Shown in pieces: positions 29,897 to 40,452 of a stretch of 64,000 nt of DNA (its first letter is position 1; each line of letters opens with the position of its first letter). Origin of the DNA: Pseudomonadota bacterium (GTDB taxonomy: Bacteria > Pseudomonadota > Alphaproteobacteria > Dongiales > Dongiaceae); contig JAJYUT010000002.1 in NCBI GenBank assembly GCA_021792365.1, positions 452,313-516,312 on the forward strand, written 5' to 3'. The notes beneath the pieces are model-generated. The model ran no database searches and had not been told where the DNA came from. It saw only the letters and a list, made by a program, of their open reading frames with translations. A program made the position numbers and the translations under genes.

Positions 29897-31064
29897 ACAG
29901 CCGCTCGTATAAGTCGAACAAGTGTTTGTGAGTTTCCAGTGCAAACTTGTCCGTCATGCCCGCGATATAATCGGCCACCAGGCGCGCCCGGGCTGCTTCG
30001 TCCGCTTCCGCCATCTGTGCCTGCCATTCGCCCGGCAGGCATTGCGGCTGCTCGAGATGCAGGTCGAACAGCTCGCTTACCACGCGCCGCGCCTTCAACG
30101 TCATCTGGTTGACGCGGTGGTGGCGGTACATGCGCGCGAACAGGAATTCCTTGAGCGCACGGTCGTTCGCCCGCATCTCCTCCGAGAAGGCGATGACCGG
30201 CGCGTTCCGCGCGCGCACCTCCGCGACGGACGTGATGCCCCCGAGACGGCGCGTCGATTCCGCGATCACATCGCGCACCATGAGGTTGATCATGCGGCGG
30301 ATCGATTCATGGATGAGCCGCGATAATTCCAATCCGGGGTAGCGGGCGGAGACATCCGCGATCACCGGCCCCGCCAGCGGCACGTCACGGAGGTCCGCGA
30401 GCGTGAACAGCCCCGCGCGCAGGCCGTCATCGATGTCGTGGTTGTTGTAGGCGATGTCGTCGCTGATCGCCGCGACCTGCGCCTCAGGACCGGCGAAGCC
30501 GCCGATCTCCAGGTCCCACGTCTCGCAATAGCGCGAAATCGTCGATGGGACGGGCCTTGCCTGCGCCTTCGCCGAGGCCTGCGGCCCGGTGAGCGGGCCA
30601 TTGTGCTTCACCACGCCTTCCAGCGTCTCCCAGGTCAGGTTGAGCCCGTCGAACACCGCGTAGCGCCGCTCCAGCGACGTGACGATGCGGAAGGTCTGTT
30701 CGTTGTGGTCGAAGCCGCCGTACTCCGCCATGCAATGCGCGAGCGCGTCCTCGCCGGCATGGCCGAATGGTGTGTGGCCAAGGTCGTGCGCCAGCGCCAC
30801 CGCCTCCGCCAGATCCTCGTTCAGGCCGAGCGAGCGCGCGATCGAGCGCGCGATCTGCGCCACCTCGATGCTGTGGGTGAGGCGCGTGCGGTAGTGGTCA
30901 CCTTCGTGATAGACGAAGACCTGGGTCTTGTGCTTCAGCCGGCGGAAGGCGGTGCTGTGGATGATGCGGTCCCGGTCGCGCTGGAAGGGCGAGCGGTTGG
31001 CGCTCTCCTCCTCGGCCACCAGCCGGCCGCGTGACTCCGCTGGATTGCTGGCATAAGGCTGCAT
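29895..31064 (-). CDS. dgt: Deoxyguanosinetriphosphate triphosphohydrolase
   Basis: [47 protein letters not shown] and DYIAGMTD. Confidence 0.95.
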   Translation of the reverse strand: MQPYASNPAESRGRLVAEEESANRSPFQRDRDRIIHSTAFRRLKHKTQVFVYHEGDHYRTRLTHSIEVAQIARSIARSLGLNEDLAEAVALAHDLGHTPFGHAGEDALAHCMAEYGGFDHNEQTFRIVTSLERRYAVFDGLNLTWETLEGVVKHNGPLTGPQASAKAQARPVPSTISRYCETWDLEIGGFAGPEAQVAAISDDIAYNNHDIDDGLRAGLFTLADLRDVPLAGPVIADVSARYPGLELSRLIHESIRRMINLMVRDVIAESTRRLGGITSVAEVRARNAPVIAFSEEMRANDRALKEFLFARMYRHHRVNQMTLKARRVVSELFDLHLEQPQCLPGEWQAQMAEADEAARARLVADYIAGMTDKFALETHKHLFDLYERL

Positions 31065-31143
31065 GGGCGGAAGCTAGAATAGTGTCTCGGCCCTGGCAAC
31101 GGAGCCGCCCTGACCAGACTCGGAACAGTAGAAGGATGCAGTC

Positions 31144-31572
31144 ATGTCATCCGACGCGAGCCCGGCCCTGGTGACCGGACATTGCCTTTGCGGAAAGGTG
31201 CGCTACCGCGCCACCGCCGCCCCTCTCTGGGTCGGATACTGCCATTGCCCGAGTTGCCGGCGGGCCAGCGGGAGCGTCGTGGCCGCCTATGCCGGCTACC
31301 GGCCCCAGGACCTCGTCTTCGAGGGCGAGGCCCCTGCCCGCTTCGCCTCCTCGCCCGACGTGATCCGGCAGTTCTGCGGGCATTGCGGCACGCCGCTCAG
31401 CTATGAATCGCCGCGCTGGCCCGACCAGATTCACCTGCTCCTGGGCTCGGCAGACGACCTGAGCGGCCTGAAACCGGAGGGGCATGCCTATTGCGATTAC
31501 CAGGTGCCCTGGTTCGAGGTGGCGGACGACCTGCCGCGCGCCCGCACTTCCTCTTCCGACTCAGGCACTTAG
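31144..31572 (+). CDS. GFA (CENP-V) family protein
   Basis: GHCLCG, YCHCPSCRR and RQFCGHCGTPL zinc motifs. Confidence 0.88.
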   Translation: MSSDASPALVTGHCLCGKVRYRATAAPLWVGYCHCPSCRRASGSVVAAYAGYRPQDLVFEGEAPARFASSPDVIRQFCGHCGTPLSYESPRWPDQIHLLLGSADDLSGLKPEGHAYCDYQVPWFEVADDLPRARTSSSDSGT

Positions 31573-31663
31573 CGCATGGGTGACAGTCCGGCGCGGCGTT
31601 TGACTTTCGGCGCAAGCGCCCTACATTTAAGCGCGAGAGCATGATTTCACAGCGGTTTAGCCC

Positions 31664-32020
31664 ATGAACGACATGTCGCCCATGCCGGAACGCCAGGTCA
31701 GCCTGTCCGAAAGCGCCGTCAAGCGCATCGCCAGCCTGATCGCGCAGGAAGGCGATTCCAGCCTGATGCTCCGCCTCAGCGTTTCGGGCGGCGGCTGCTC
31801 GGGCTTCCAGTATGGCTTCACCTTCGACAACGCCGTCCAGGTCGATGACCATCTGTTCGAGCGCGACGGCGTAAAGGTCGTCGTGGACGATACGTCGCTG
31901 GACCTGCTGTCGGGGGCCGAGATCGATTTCGTCGAGGATCTCGTGGGGGCGTCGTTCCAGGTGCGCAATCCGAATGCCAAGTCCTCCTGCGGCTGCGGCA
32001 GCTCATTCTCGATTGGCTAG
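31664..32020 (+). CDS. erpA: Fe-S cluster insertion protein ErpA
   Basis: GGGCSGFQY and NPNAKSSCGCGSSF. Confidence 0.93.
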   Translation: MNDMSPMPERQVSLSESAVKRIASLIAQEGDSSLMLRLSVSGGGCSGFQYGFTFDNAVQVDDHLFERDGVKVVVDDTSLDLLSGAEIDFVEDLVGASFQVRNPNAKSSCGCGSSFSIG

Positions 32021-32035
32021 CGGCAAGGCTGCCGC

Positions 32036-32830
32036 GTGCTGACCATCGCCAGTTTCAACGTCAACTCGCTGCGGGTTCGCATGCCCCACCTGACGGCGTG
32101 GCTGAAGAGCGCCGCGCCGGATGTAGCACTGCTGCAGGAGATCAAGTGCCTGGACGAGGAACTGCCGCGCTTGGAGATCGAGAGCCTCGGCTACCAGGTC
32201 TCCGCCGTCGGCATGAAGGCGCGCCACGGCGTTGCTTTGCTGTCCAAAGCCAAGCACACGGTCGAGCAGCGCGCATTGCCCGGCGATGACACCGACGGCG
32301 AGGCGCGCTATCTGGAGGCCGTGATCCATGTGCCGGCGCCGCATGACCGGCCGGTGCGCGTCGCCAGCATCTACCTGCCGAACGGCAATCCCATCGACAC
32401 CGAGAAGTTTCCCTACAAGCTGCGCTGGATGGAGCGGCTGAACCGCCACGCGTGCGACCTGCTGGCGCGCGAGGAAATCGTCGTGCTGGGCGGCGACTTC
32501 AACGTCTGCCCGACCGACGAGGACGTGTTCGACACCCACGCGATGGCCGAGGACGCCCTGTGCCAGCCGGAGACGCGGCGGCGGTTCCGCGAGCTGTGCC
32601 ACATCGGCTATGTCGACGCGCTGCGCGCGCTCTATCCGGCTGGCCGGCACTACACCTTCTGGGACTATCAGGGCGCACGCTGGCAGCGCGACGAGGGCCT
32701 GCGCATCGACCACCTGATGCTGTCGCCCCAGGCCGCCGATTTGCTGGACGCGGTCGGCATCGACCGCGAGCCGCGCAAGCTGGAGCGCCCCTCCGATCAC
32801 ACGCCGATCTGGGTACGGCTGGCCGCCTGA
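32036..32830 (+). CDS. xth: Exodeoxyribonuclease III
   Basis: FNVNSLR, LQEIK, SIYLPNGNP, GGDFNV, GLRIDHLMLS and PSDHTP. Confidence 0.93.
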   Translation: MLTIASFNVNSLRVRMPHLTAWLKSAAPDVALLQEIKCLDEELPRLEIESLGYQVSAVGMKARHGVALLSKAKHTVEQRALPGDDTDGEARYLEAVIHVPAPHDRPVRVASIYLPNGNPIDTEKFPYKLRWMERLNRHACDLLAREEIVVLGGDFNVCPTDEDVFDTHAMAEDALCQPETRRRFRELCHIGYVDALRALYPAGRHYTFWDYQGARWQRDEGLRIDHLMLSPQAADLLDAVGIDREPRKLERPSDHTPIWVRLAA

Positions 32831-32934
32831 CGCTGACCGCTGCCGTCTCGCCGCGTGCCGGTCAAATTTGTCCAAGACGCGCGACCGCCTTTGAGCGACG
32901 CTCTCCACACGTTTTCGACCCTAGGGAGGCCGTC

Positions 32935-33378
32935 ATGGCGATCCACGAGATGTTCACCTATCTCTGCGTCAAGGACGCGGGCAAGGCGATCCAGTTCTAC
33001 AAGCAGGCCTTCGGCGCGAGCGAGAAGTTCCGCCTCACCGAGCCGAGCGGCCGCATCGGCCATGCGGAGCTCTTGTTCGGCGACGCCACGTTGATGCTGG
33101 CGGATGAGTTCCCCGAGATGGGCTTTCACGCGCCCGACCCCGACGGTCCGCGCACCTTCGTCATCCATTTGCATGTCGACAACGCCGACCACGCGATCGC
33201 GCGCGCCCTCAGCGCCGGCGCGCGGCCGGTGCGCCCGGCGCAGGACCAGTTCTATGGCGAGCGATCCGGCACCGTGCGCGACCCGTTCGGCTACGACTGG
33301 ATGCTCGGCCACTCCATCGAGCAGGTCACGCCGGCGGAGATGCAGCGGCGGTACGATGAGCTGATGAAAAGGAGCTAG
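32935..33378 (+). CDS. VOC / glyoxalase family (PhnB-like) protein
   Basis: AIQFYKQAFGA, GRIGHAEL and DQFYGERSGTVRDPFGYDW; GGGAGG RBS. Confidence 0.88.
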   Translation: MAIHEMFTYLCVKDAGKAIQFYKQAFGASEKFRLTEPSGRIGHAELLFGDATLMLADEFPEMGFHAPDPDGPRTFVIHLHVDNADHAIARALSAGARPVRPAQDQFYGERSGTVRDPFGYDWMLGHSIEQVTPAEMQRRYDELMKRS

Positions 33379-34871
33379 CCGCCGAAAGGTTGCCCGAGCG
33401 GCATCAGGCGGATGCCTTTCCTGATGCGCTTGTAGGGCAAATCGCGGTTGTCGACCGGATTGGCGCCGGGCGCGGCGACGATCAGGATCTCTTCCGCGAT
33501 CGGCTGGAAGTCGGCGCGGAAATGCACCGAGCTTTTGAGCGCGAGGATCTTCTGCGCTGTCGGCTCGATCCCGACATGGCGCAGCATCGCCTGGTCGGCG
33601 CATTGCTGCTTGCGGCTGCACAGCACCACGCGCACGCCGTCCTTCCTCAGCACGGCCATCGGGCCGAGCTGCATGCGGTTGCCGCGATAGAACGGGCCGG
33701 TGGCGGGGAAATTGCCGTCGCCGAGCGCCTCCACCGTGAAGGTGCCCTCATAAGGCGAGTTGCCGGCCCCACCCGCCCAGCCGCCGATCGCGAGCGGAAT
33801 CTGCGCGCCAATGCCCGCGCGATGCGCTGCCTCGGCGGATTTCGGATCGCAGAGATTGGCGAATACCGCGCCCTCGGCGCGGCCGTCGACCAGCGCGCGC
33901 AGCAGGCCGACGGTATCGGACGTGCCACCGGCGCCGGGATTGTCCTGCGTGTCCGCAAGCACGATGGGCCTGGTCGCGCTGTTGCCCTTCGCGCGCGCAT
34001 AGGAAACGGCCTCGGCCGGTTGCCAGATCTTGCCGGCGAAGGCGGTCTCCTTCGCGTTCACCACGGCGAGCAGGCGATCTGCTGCCGCATCCGCGGCGCG
34101 CTGGCTCGCGGCATAGGTCACGATCGCCGGACCGCATTCCAGGATATCCGCCGGCGGGAAGCCGAAGGCGAAGGATGCGCTCGCCACCTCGCCCGCTTCC
34201 GCCTCCGCCACCGCGCGATAGATGCCGCTGGCCGGCTCGATCAGCGTGCATTGCGCGGTGAGGGGCACCAGGAAGTCGGTGCGCCGCAGCGCCTTGAACA
34301 ACGGGCCCTGCCGCGCCAGCCGATCCAGCGCGATCGTGGAGGCTTCGCCGGTCTCCGCGAGATCGACATGCGGATAGGTGCGGCACACCACCAGCGCGGA
34401 GGCGTGCCGCACCATGCGTTCGGTGATGTTGGCGTGGAGGTCGAGGCTGACGACGATCGGCAGCTCCGCGCCGACCTGCTTGCGCAGCCGCTCGAGGAGC
34501 TCGCCTTCGCCGTCCTGATGCTCTTCGGTCACCATCGCGCCGTGCAGATCGAGAAAGATGCCGTCGATCTTGCCCAGCGCGCCGATGCGCTCGAGCAGCT
34601 CGCCGACGATCCGCTCATAGGCATCGGTCTCCACTTCCGCCGAGGGGGAGGCGGAGCACCACAGCGTCGGCAGCAATACGTGCCCCTGCCTGCGCGCCAT
34701 GGCGATGAAACCGGCGATCGGCAGGTTGATACCGTCGAACGCCGTCAGCATCGCATCGCCGCGGGTCAGGCCGGGCCAGCCATCCGCCATCTCGAAATCG
34801 CGGAAGCCCGCCTTCACCGGCGCGAAGGTGTTGGTCTCGTGCTGGAAGCCGCCGATCGCGAAACGTGCCAT
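33375..34871 (-). CDS. M81 family metallopeptidase (MlrC-like)
   Basis: GGFQHETNTF, LDLHGAM, SLDLHAN, RTYPHVD, DTQDNPGAGG and LKSSVHFRADF. Confidence 0.88.
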   Translation of the reverse strand: MARFAIGGFQHETNTFAPVKAGFRDFEMADGWPGLTRGDAMLTAFDGINLPIAGFIAMARRQGHVLLPTLWCSASPSAEVETDAYERIVGELLERIGALGKIDGIFLDLHGAMVTEEHQDGEGELLERLRKQVGAELPIVVSLDLHANITERMVRHASALVVCRTYPHVDLAETGEASTIALDRLARQGPLFKALRRTDFLVPLTAQCTLIEPASGIYRAVAEAEAGEVASASFAFGFPPADILECGPAIVTYAASQRAADAAADRLLAVVNAKETAFAGKIWQPAEAVSYARAKGNSATRPIVLADTQDNPGAGGTSDTVGLLRALVDGRAEGAVFANLCDPKSAEAAHRAGIGAQIPLAIGGWAGGAGNSPYEGTFTVEALGDGNFPATGPFYRGNRMQLGPMAVLRKDGVRVVLCSRKQQCADQAMLRHVGIEPTAQKILALKSSVHFRADFQPIAEEILIVAAPGANPVDNRDLPYKRIRKGIRLMPLGQPFGG

Positions 34872-34906
34872 GAAGCCGACCTTGCTTGGATTGCGATTGT
34901 CTAGGA

Positions 34907-35524
34907 CTACGATTCGATGGGCCGATTGGATACATGATCGGCGTTGACGTCGGCAGCCGGAAAATGCGCGGCACACAGCTTGCCGATGGCAGCGACCGCA
35001 CTCGCGGCCGCTTCCCCCAGGTCCTTCCGGCGCATCTCCTGGCGGAACGCGTTCACGATCCCGGCCCATTGCTCCGGTGCGACCGCCGCGGCGGCGGCGT
35101 GGTCTGGCAGGATTTCGACGTAGTGCTCGGCCCGGCTGACGAACAGCAGGACGGCGTTGCGGCCCGGCGTATTGTCGAGGCCGTGATCCAGGAAGATCGC
35201 CCGCGCCGCCCGCCGCGCGTCCTTCACGAGCAGCCGCGCCGGCAGGCAGCGCAGCCCCAAATCGAAGCGGTCGCAGAGCCAGAACACGACGAGCGCCGCC
35301 ACGACGGCCACGCCCGTCCAGGTCAGACGGTCGATGTTCCACCAGATCGCGGGGCCGATGCCGGCGACCAGGGCGAAGATGAGCGCACCGGCGATGGCGG
35401 CCATGAAGCGATCATCATTCGAGGATCGCAGGACGCTGACCGCGATCTCGGAGCTGGTGCGGCTCTCGGCCTCCTTCACCGCTGCCTCGATGCGATCGGC
35501 CTGCTGCCTGGTCAGAGTCACCAT
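34907..35524 (-). CDS. TPM-domain membrane protein
   Basis: IEAAVKEAESRTSSEI, TPGRNAVLLFVSRAEHYVEILPD; last gene of the lemA-TPM-TPM operon. Confidence 0.82.
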   Translation of the reverse strand: MVTLTRQQADRIEAAVKEAESRTSSEIAVSVLRSSNDDRFMAAIAGALIFALVAGIGPAIWWNIDRLTWTGVAVVAALVVFWLCDRFDLGLRCLPARLLVKDARRAARAIFLDHGLDNTPGRNAVLLFVSRAEHYVEILPDHAAAAAVAPEQWAGIVNAFRQEMRRKDLGEAAASAVAAIGKLCAAHFPAADVNADHVSNRPIES

Positions 35525-36318
35525 CGCCCTGAAGCGCCCCCGCCGCCGAACCCTCCGCCCCCTCCGCGAAAGCCGCCACCACCGGAACTGCCACCGCCGC
35601 CAAAACCGCCACCACTGAAGCCACCGCCCCAGCGATCATTGTCATCAACATACAGCCAGCCGCCGGTGCTGTTCCGGTAGTATCTGCCCCTGTCTCTCCG
35701 TTCCTGCCGTGCGAGCGCGATGAACAGCATAAGGACGAACACCACGACGAAGAGGACGGGCACCCATTCGGACAGCGTCTGGTTGGCGAGCGCGCGCCCC
35801 GACGGCTTGTATTCTTCGCCCGCGCCGCTCAGGACGGCGATGATGGCGTCGACCCCATCAGAGATGCCGTCGCTCATGTTCCCGGCCTTGAAGCGCGGAA
35901 TGATGACGTTGCGGATGATGATGTCAGCGGCGGCGTCGGGCAGCGTGCCCTCCAATCCGTAGCCGACCTCGATGCGCAACTCGCGGTCGTTCGGCGCCAC
36001 GATCAGCAGGACGCCGTTGTCATCGCCCTCCTGACCGATGCCCCAGGTGCGGCCGAGCGTCAGGCCCCAATCCTCGATCGGCCGGTTCTGCAGGTTTGCC
36101 AGCGTGACGACGACGAGCTGGATCGAGGTCTTGGCTTCGAGATCGCTGAGCTTGCTCGTCAGCCGCGTCTCCTGGCCGGCACTCAGGATATTCGCCTGGT
36201 CCACCACGCGGCCGGTGAGGGCCGGCACCGGCAATGTGTCCGCATGCGCCAAGCCGGCGAGCAGAAACAGGAACGCCGCAAGAAATGGCGGCAGCAGGGC
36301 CAAGGATCGCAGGATCAT
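35518..36318 (-). CDS. TPM-domain protein (YgcG-like)
   Basis: VPALTGRVVDQANIL, WGIGQEGDDNGVLLIVA, RIEVGYGLEG and Gly-rich GGGGFGGGGASGRW tail. Confidence 0.9.
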   Translation of the reverse strand: MILRSLALLPPFLAAFLFLLAGLAHADTLPVPALTGRVVDQANILSAGQETRLTSKLSDLEAKTSIQLVVVTLANLQNRPIEDWGLTLGRTWGIGQEGDDNGVLLIVAPNDRELRIEVGYGLEGTLPDAAADIIIRNVIIPRFKAGNMSDGISDGVDAIIAVLSGAGEEYKPSGRALANQTLSEWVPVLFVVVFVLMLFIALARQERRDRGRYYRNSTGGWLYVDDNDRWGGGFSGGGFGGGGSSGGGGFRGGGGGFGGGGASGRW

Positions 36319-36923
36319 TGATTGGTCGTGGTGCCGAAATCAACCTGCGGCACTTGGGTGGCCGGCTCCTCGACCTGGAACTGCGCCATCTCCTTGGCCT
36401 CGGGATAGAGCAAGGCGGCCCACCAGCGGCCCGGTATGGTCCGGAGTTCGGTGTTGTAGAGCCGGACCGCATCGATGAAGTCCTGTCGCGCCACCGCGAT
36501 GCGGTTCTCCGTGCCTTCGAGCTGCGCCTGCAGCGTCAGGAAGTTCTGGTTGGCCTTCAGCTCCGGATAGCGTTCCACCACTACCATCAGCCGCGACAGG
36601 GCCGAGGACAACGCGCCCTGGTTCTCCTGGAACAGCCGCATGGCGTCCGGATTGGTGAGGATATCGGGCGGAATGGGCGTTTGCGTCGCCTTGGCCCGCG
36701 CGTTGATGACGGCCTCCAGCGTCGAGCGCTCGAAATCCGCCGCGCCCTTCACCGTCTCGACCAGATTGGGGATGAGGTCGGCGCGCCGCTGATACTGGTT
36801 CAGCACCTGGGCCCAGGACGCCTTCGCCTGCTCGTCATAGGTCGGGATCGCGTTGACCCCGCAGCCTGACAGCAGAGCCCCCATCGCCATCAGCATCACG
36901 ACAGCCAGTCCGCGCAGTTTCAT
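36315..36923 (-). CDS. lemA: LemA family lipoprotein
   Basis: Lipobox LSGC, YQRRADLIPNLVETVKG, YPELKANQNF and QLEGTENRIAVAR. Confidence 0.93.
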   Translation of the reverse strand: MKLRGLAVVMLMAMGALLSGCGVNAIPTYDEQAKASWAQVLNQYQRRADLIPNLVETVKGAADFERSTLEAVINARAKATQTPIPPDILTNPDAMRLFQENQGALSSALSRLMVVVERYPELKANQNFLTLQAQLEGTENRIAVARQDFIDAVRLYNTELRTIPGRWWAALLYPEAKEMAQFQVEEPATQVPQVDFGTTTNQ

Positions 36924-36936
36924 GCGTGCGTCTCCA

Positions 36937-37617
36937 TCAGCGGGCAGATGTTGTTGGTCGCCTCGAGCGCGCGCCGGGTTCAAGGGCGGTCGCGGCCTGC
37001 TGGACCGCCCCGGTATCCCGCCATCGCGAGACCGGCTGCAGCGGCTCCTGGAACAGGTAGAACCGCTCGACCGGCGACATGTCGGTGATGAGGAAGGAGA
37101 ACTGAGCCGACTCGCCCGGCGGGACTGTCTTGCCGGAAAAGCCCAGCGTGTCCTGCGGCTCGTCATAACGCTGCAGGTTCGGGAAGGAGCTGGTCGTGAA
37201 GGCACCGGAAAGTACCGTGTTCTGGGCGAAGCTCAAGCCGTCCTCATAAGGGCTGTGGCGGGTCTCGATCTCGCGCAGTTCCAGCTGGTAGTTCTGCCAG
37301 ATGTCTTCGGTGCGGTTGAAGACGATCTTGGTGACCGCGATCCCGGCGATGTGATGCGTGCCGATCCTGTTGCCCACGCGTTTCAGGCCGCGGATGGTGA
37401 GGATTGCCTGGCGCGGCCCCGTCACATGCTCGACGACGACATATGGATCGTCGAGCGACCCCCGGCCCGAAACCGACAGCAGGGTGAAGCCGCTGCCCTC
37501 GTCGCCACCGCCTTCGTCGCTGAAGGTCACGCCCTCTTGCGTGATTTCGACCGCCGGCGCGAGCCCGGCCCAGAGCAAGCCACAGGTCAGGAACGCGGCG
37601 AAGCGAAGCAGGCGCAT
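36937..37617 (-). CDS. Secreted hypothetical protein
   Basis: Signal peptide MRLLRFAAFLTCGLLWAGLAPA and a beta-strand-rich mature part. Confidence 0.65.
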   Translation of the reverse strand: MRLLRFAAFLTCGLLWAGLAPAVEITQEGVTFSDEGGGDEGSGFTLLSVSGRGSLDDPYVVVEHVTGPRQAILTIRGLKRVGNRIGTHHIAGIAVTKIVFNRTEDIWQNYQLELREIETRHSPYEDGLSFAQNTVLSGAFTTSSFPNLQRYDEPQDTLGFSGKTVPPGESAQFSFLITDMSPVERFYLFQEPLQPVSRWRDTGAVQQAATALEPGARSRRPTTSAR

Positions 37618-37698
37618 GCGGCCATTATGGCTGTCCCGCCGCGCCGCCGTAAAGCGCCGCACCGCCACGGACGCTCACGGGCCCGGCGGGTGCGGGCG

Positions 37699-40350
37699 TC
37701 AAAGCCCGGCCAGCCGATCCAGCGCCTGGCTCAGCTTGCTGACCGCCAGCCGGACCTCCTCCAGCTTCTGGCGCTGCTCGGCCACAACATCCGGATTGGC
37801 CTTGGCGACGAATTGTTCGTTGCCGAGCTTCTTCTCGGTCTTCTCGCCCTCGGCCTTCGCCTTGTCGAGTTCCTTCTTGAGCCGCGCCCGCTCCTGCGCG
37901 ATGTCGATCACGCCGGCCAGCGGCACGAAGACCGTCGCTTCGTCCAGCACGATCTGCGCCGCGCCCTTGGGCGGCTCGGCATGGGTGATCTCAATCTTGT
38001 CGGCGCGCGCCAGGCGCTTCACCAGATCGTCGAACCGCTCCAATCTGGCGCGCGTGGTTGGCCCGGCGTCGCGCACCAGCAGCGACAGCATCGGTCCCGG
38101 CGCGATGTTCATCTCGGCACGCAGGGCACGCACGGATTCGATCAGCCGGACGACCCAGCCGAGATCGGCATCGATCGCCGGATCGATGAGGTCGGCGGGA
38201 TAATCCGGCCAGGCCGCGGCGATCAGCGGATCGCGCTCATCGGCGCGCACCTGTTCCCACAGCTCCTCGGTGAGGAAGGGCATGAAGGGATGCAGCAGAT
38301 GCAGCATCTGTCCCAGCACCCAGGCGGTGGTGGCGCGCGTCTCGCCCTTTGCGCCCTCGTCGGCGCCTTGCAGGATGGGCTTGGTGAACTCGAGATACCA
38401 GTCGCAGAACTCGCCCCACACGAAGTGATAGAGCGCCCCCGCCGCGTCGTTGTAGCGGTACTGCGCCATTGCCTGCTCGACGGCCCGCGCCGCGGCGACC
38501 AGCCGGCCGACGATCCAGCGATTGACCGGGTCCTTGAGCGATGACGGCGTGAAGCCGGCGACCGGCTTGCACTCGTTCATCAGGGCATAGCGCGTCGCGT
38601 TCCACAGCTTGGTCGCGAAATTGCGATAGCCTTCGACGCGCTGCTCCGACATCTTGATGCCGCTGCCCGGGGCGGCCAAGGCAGCCATGGTGAACCGCAG
38701 CGCATCCGCGCCATACTTGTCGATCAGCTCCAAGGGATCGATGACATTGCCCTTGGATTTCGACATCTTCTGTCCGCGCTCGTCGCGCACCAGGGCGTGG
38801 ATGTAGACTGTGCGGAAAGGCACATCGCCCATGAAATGGATACCCAACATCATCATGCGGGCGACCCAGAAGAAGATGATGTCGAGGCCGGTGACCAGAA
38901 CGTCGCCCGGATAGTAGCGCTTCAGCGCCGGCGTCTCATCCGGCCAGCCGAGTGTCGAGAACGGCCACAGGCCCGACGAGAACCAGGTGTCGAGCACATC
39001 GGGATCTCGGGTAAGCGCGACCTCCGTGCCGTATTCCTTGCGCGCCTGCTCGTGCGCTTCCGCTTCGTCGTAGGCCACGAAGACCTTGCCGTCTGATGCG
39101 TACCAGGCGGGAATCTGGTGCCCCCACCAGAGCTGGCGCGAAATGCACCAGGGCTGGATATTGCGCATCCAGTCGAAATACGTGTTCTCCCACTGCTTGG
39201 GCATGAACACGGTGCGGCCCTCTTCGACCGCTTTGATGGCAGGCTTGGCGAGCGTCGGCGCGTCGCAATACCATTGATCGGTCAGCCACGGCTCGATCAC
39301 CACGTCGGAGCGATCGCCGTAGGGCAGCGTCAGCTTGTGATCCTCCACCTTCTCGAGCAGGCCGCGGTCGGTCAGATCCGCGACGACCTTCTCGCGCGCC
39401 TTGTAGCGATCGAGGCCGCGATAGGCTTCGGGCGCGTTCTCGTAGATGCGCGCATCGGCATCGAAGATGTTGATCATCTCGAGCTTGTGCCGGCGGCCCA
39501 CTTCGAAGTCGTTGAAATCGTGAGCCGGCGTGATCTTCACGGCGCCGCTGCCGGTTTCCGGGTCGGCGTATTCATCCGCCACCACCGGAATCCGGCGGCC
39601 CACCAGCGGCAGGATCACATGCTTGCCCACCAGGTCCTTGTAGCGCTCGTCATCGGGATGCACCGCGACGGCGGTATCGCCCAGCATGGTCTCGGGCCGG
39701 GTGGTCGCCACGACAAGGTAGCGCTCGGGCTGGCCCTCCACCGGATAGCGCAGATGCCAGAGATGGCCTTGCGTCTCCTTCTGCACGACCTCGAGGTCGG
39801 AGATCGCCGTGTGGAACTTGGGATCCCAGTTCACCAGCCTCTTGTCGCGATAGATCAGTCCCTGGCGATAGAGATCGACGAACACCTTGCGCACGGCGCG
39901 GTTGAGCCCCTCGTCCATCGTGAAGCGCTCGCGCCGCCAATCGGGCGACGCCCCGAGCCGGCGCAATTGATTGGTGATCGCTCCACCCGATTCGGCCTTC
40001 CACTCCCAGACCTTCTCCAGGAATTTCTCGCGCCCGAGATCGGTGCGCTTCTTGCCCTGCTTCGCCAACTCGCGCTCGACCACCATCTGTGTCGCGATGC
40101 CCGCATGGTCGGTGCCCGGCTGCCACAGCGCGTCACGGCCACGCATGCGCTCATAGCGGATGAGCACGTCCTGCAGCGTCATGTTGAGCGCATGGCCCAT
40201 GTGCAGGCTGCCGGTGACATTGGGCGGCGGCATCATGATGGTGAAAGGCGCGCGGTTGGAATCCTCCTGCGCCTCGAAGGCGCCGGATTCCTCCCACGCG
40301 CGATAATGTTTCTTCTCGACCTCGTCGGGCCGGAAAGTCTTCTCCAGCAT
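37699..40350 (-). CDS. valS: Valine--tRNA ligase
   Basis: PPPNVTGSLHMGHAL, PGTDHAGIATQ, WCISRQLWWGH, KMSKSKGN and C-terminal coiled coil. Confidence 0.98.
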   Translation of the reverse strand: MLEKTFRPDEVEKKHYRAWEESGAFEAQEDSNRAPFTIMMPPPNVTGSLHMGHALNMTLQDVLIRYERMRGRDALWQPGTDHAGIATQMVVERELAKQGKKRTDLGREKFLEKVWEWKAESGGAITNQLRRLGASPDWRRERFTMDEGLNRAVRKVFVDLYRQGLIYRDKRLVNWDPKFHTAISDLEVVQKETQGHLWHLRYPVEGQPERYLVVATTRPETMLGDTAVAVHPDDERYKDLVGKHVILPLVGRRIPVVADEYADPETGSGAVKITPAHDFNDFEVGRRHKLEMINIFDADARIYENAPEAYRGLDRYKAREKVVADLTDRGLLEKVEDHKLTLPYGDRSDVVIEPWLTDQWYCDAPTLAKPAIKAVEEGRTVFMPKQWENTYFDWMRNIQPWCISRQLWWGHQIPAWYASDGKVFVAYDEAEAHEQARKEYGTEVALTRDPDVLDTWFSSGLWPFSTLGWPDETPALKRYYPGDVLVTGLDIIFFWVARMMMLGIHFMGDVPFRTVYIHALVRDERGQKMSKSKGNVIDPLELIDKYGADALRFTMAALAAPGSGIKMSEQRVEGYRNFATKLWNATRYALMNECKPVAGFTPSSLKDPVNRWIVGRLVAAARAVEQAMAQYRYNDAAGALYHFVWGEFCDWYLEFTKPILQGADEGAKGETRATTAWVLGQMLHLLHPFMPFLTEELWEQVRADERDPLIAAAWPDYPADLIDPAIDADLGWVVRLIESVRALRAEMNIAPGPMLSLLVRDAGPTTRARLERFDDLVKRLARADKIEITHAEPPKGAAQIVLDEATVFVPLAGVIDIAQERARLKKELDKAKAEGEKTEKKLGNEQFVAKANPDVVAEQRQKLEEVRLAVSKLSQALDRLAGL

Positions 40351-40452
40351 CGCTGGCCTTTCTCAAGCAGAACGCGAAATTCGGGCTGTTATAGCGGCCG
40401 ACCTGCACCCGTCAACCTGGGCTGGGCCGCGTTGTCCTTCGTCGCCGGATGC

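Noticed and set aside
33375-34871. MlrC-like peptidase as evidence for microcystin degradation
   Set aside because: M81 peptidases are widespread and no mlrA/mlrB/mlrD genes are nearby.
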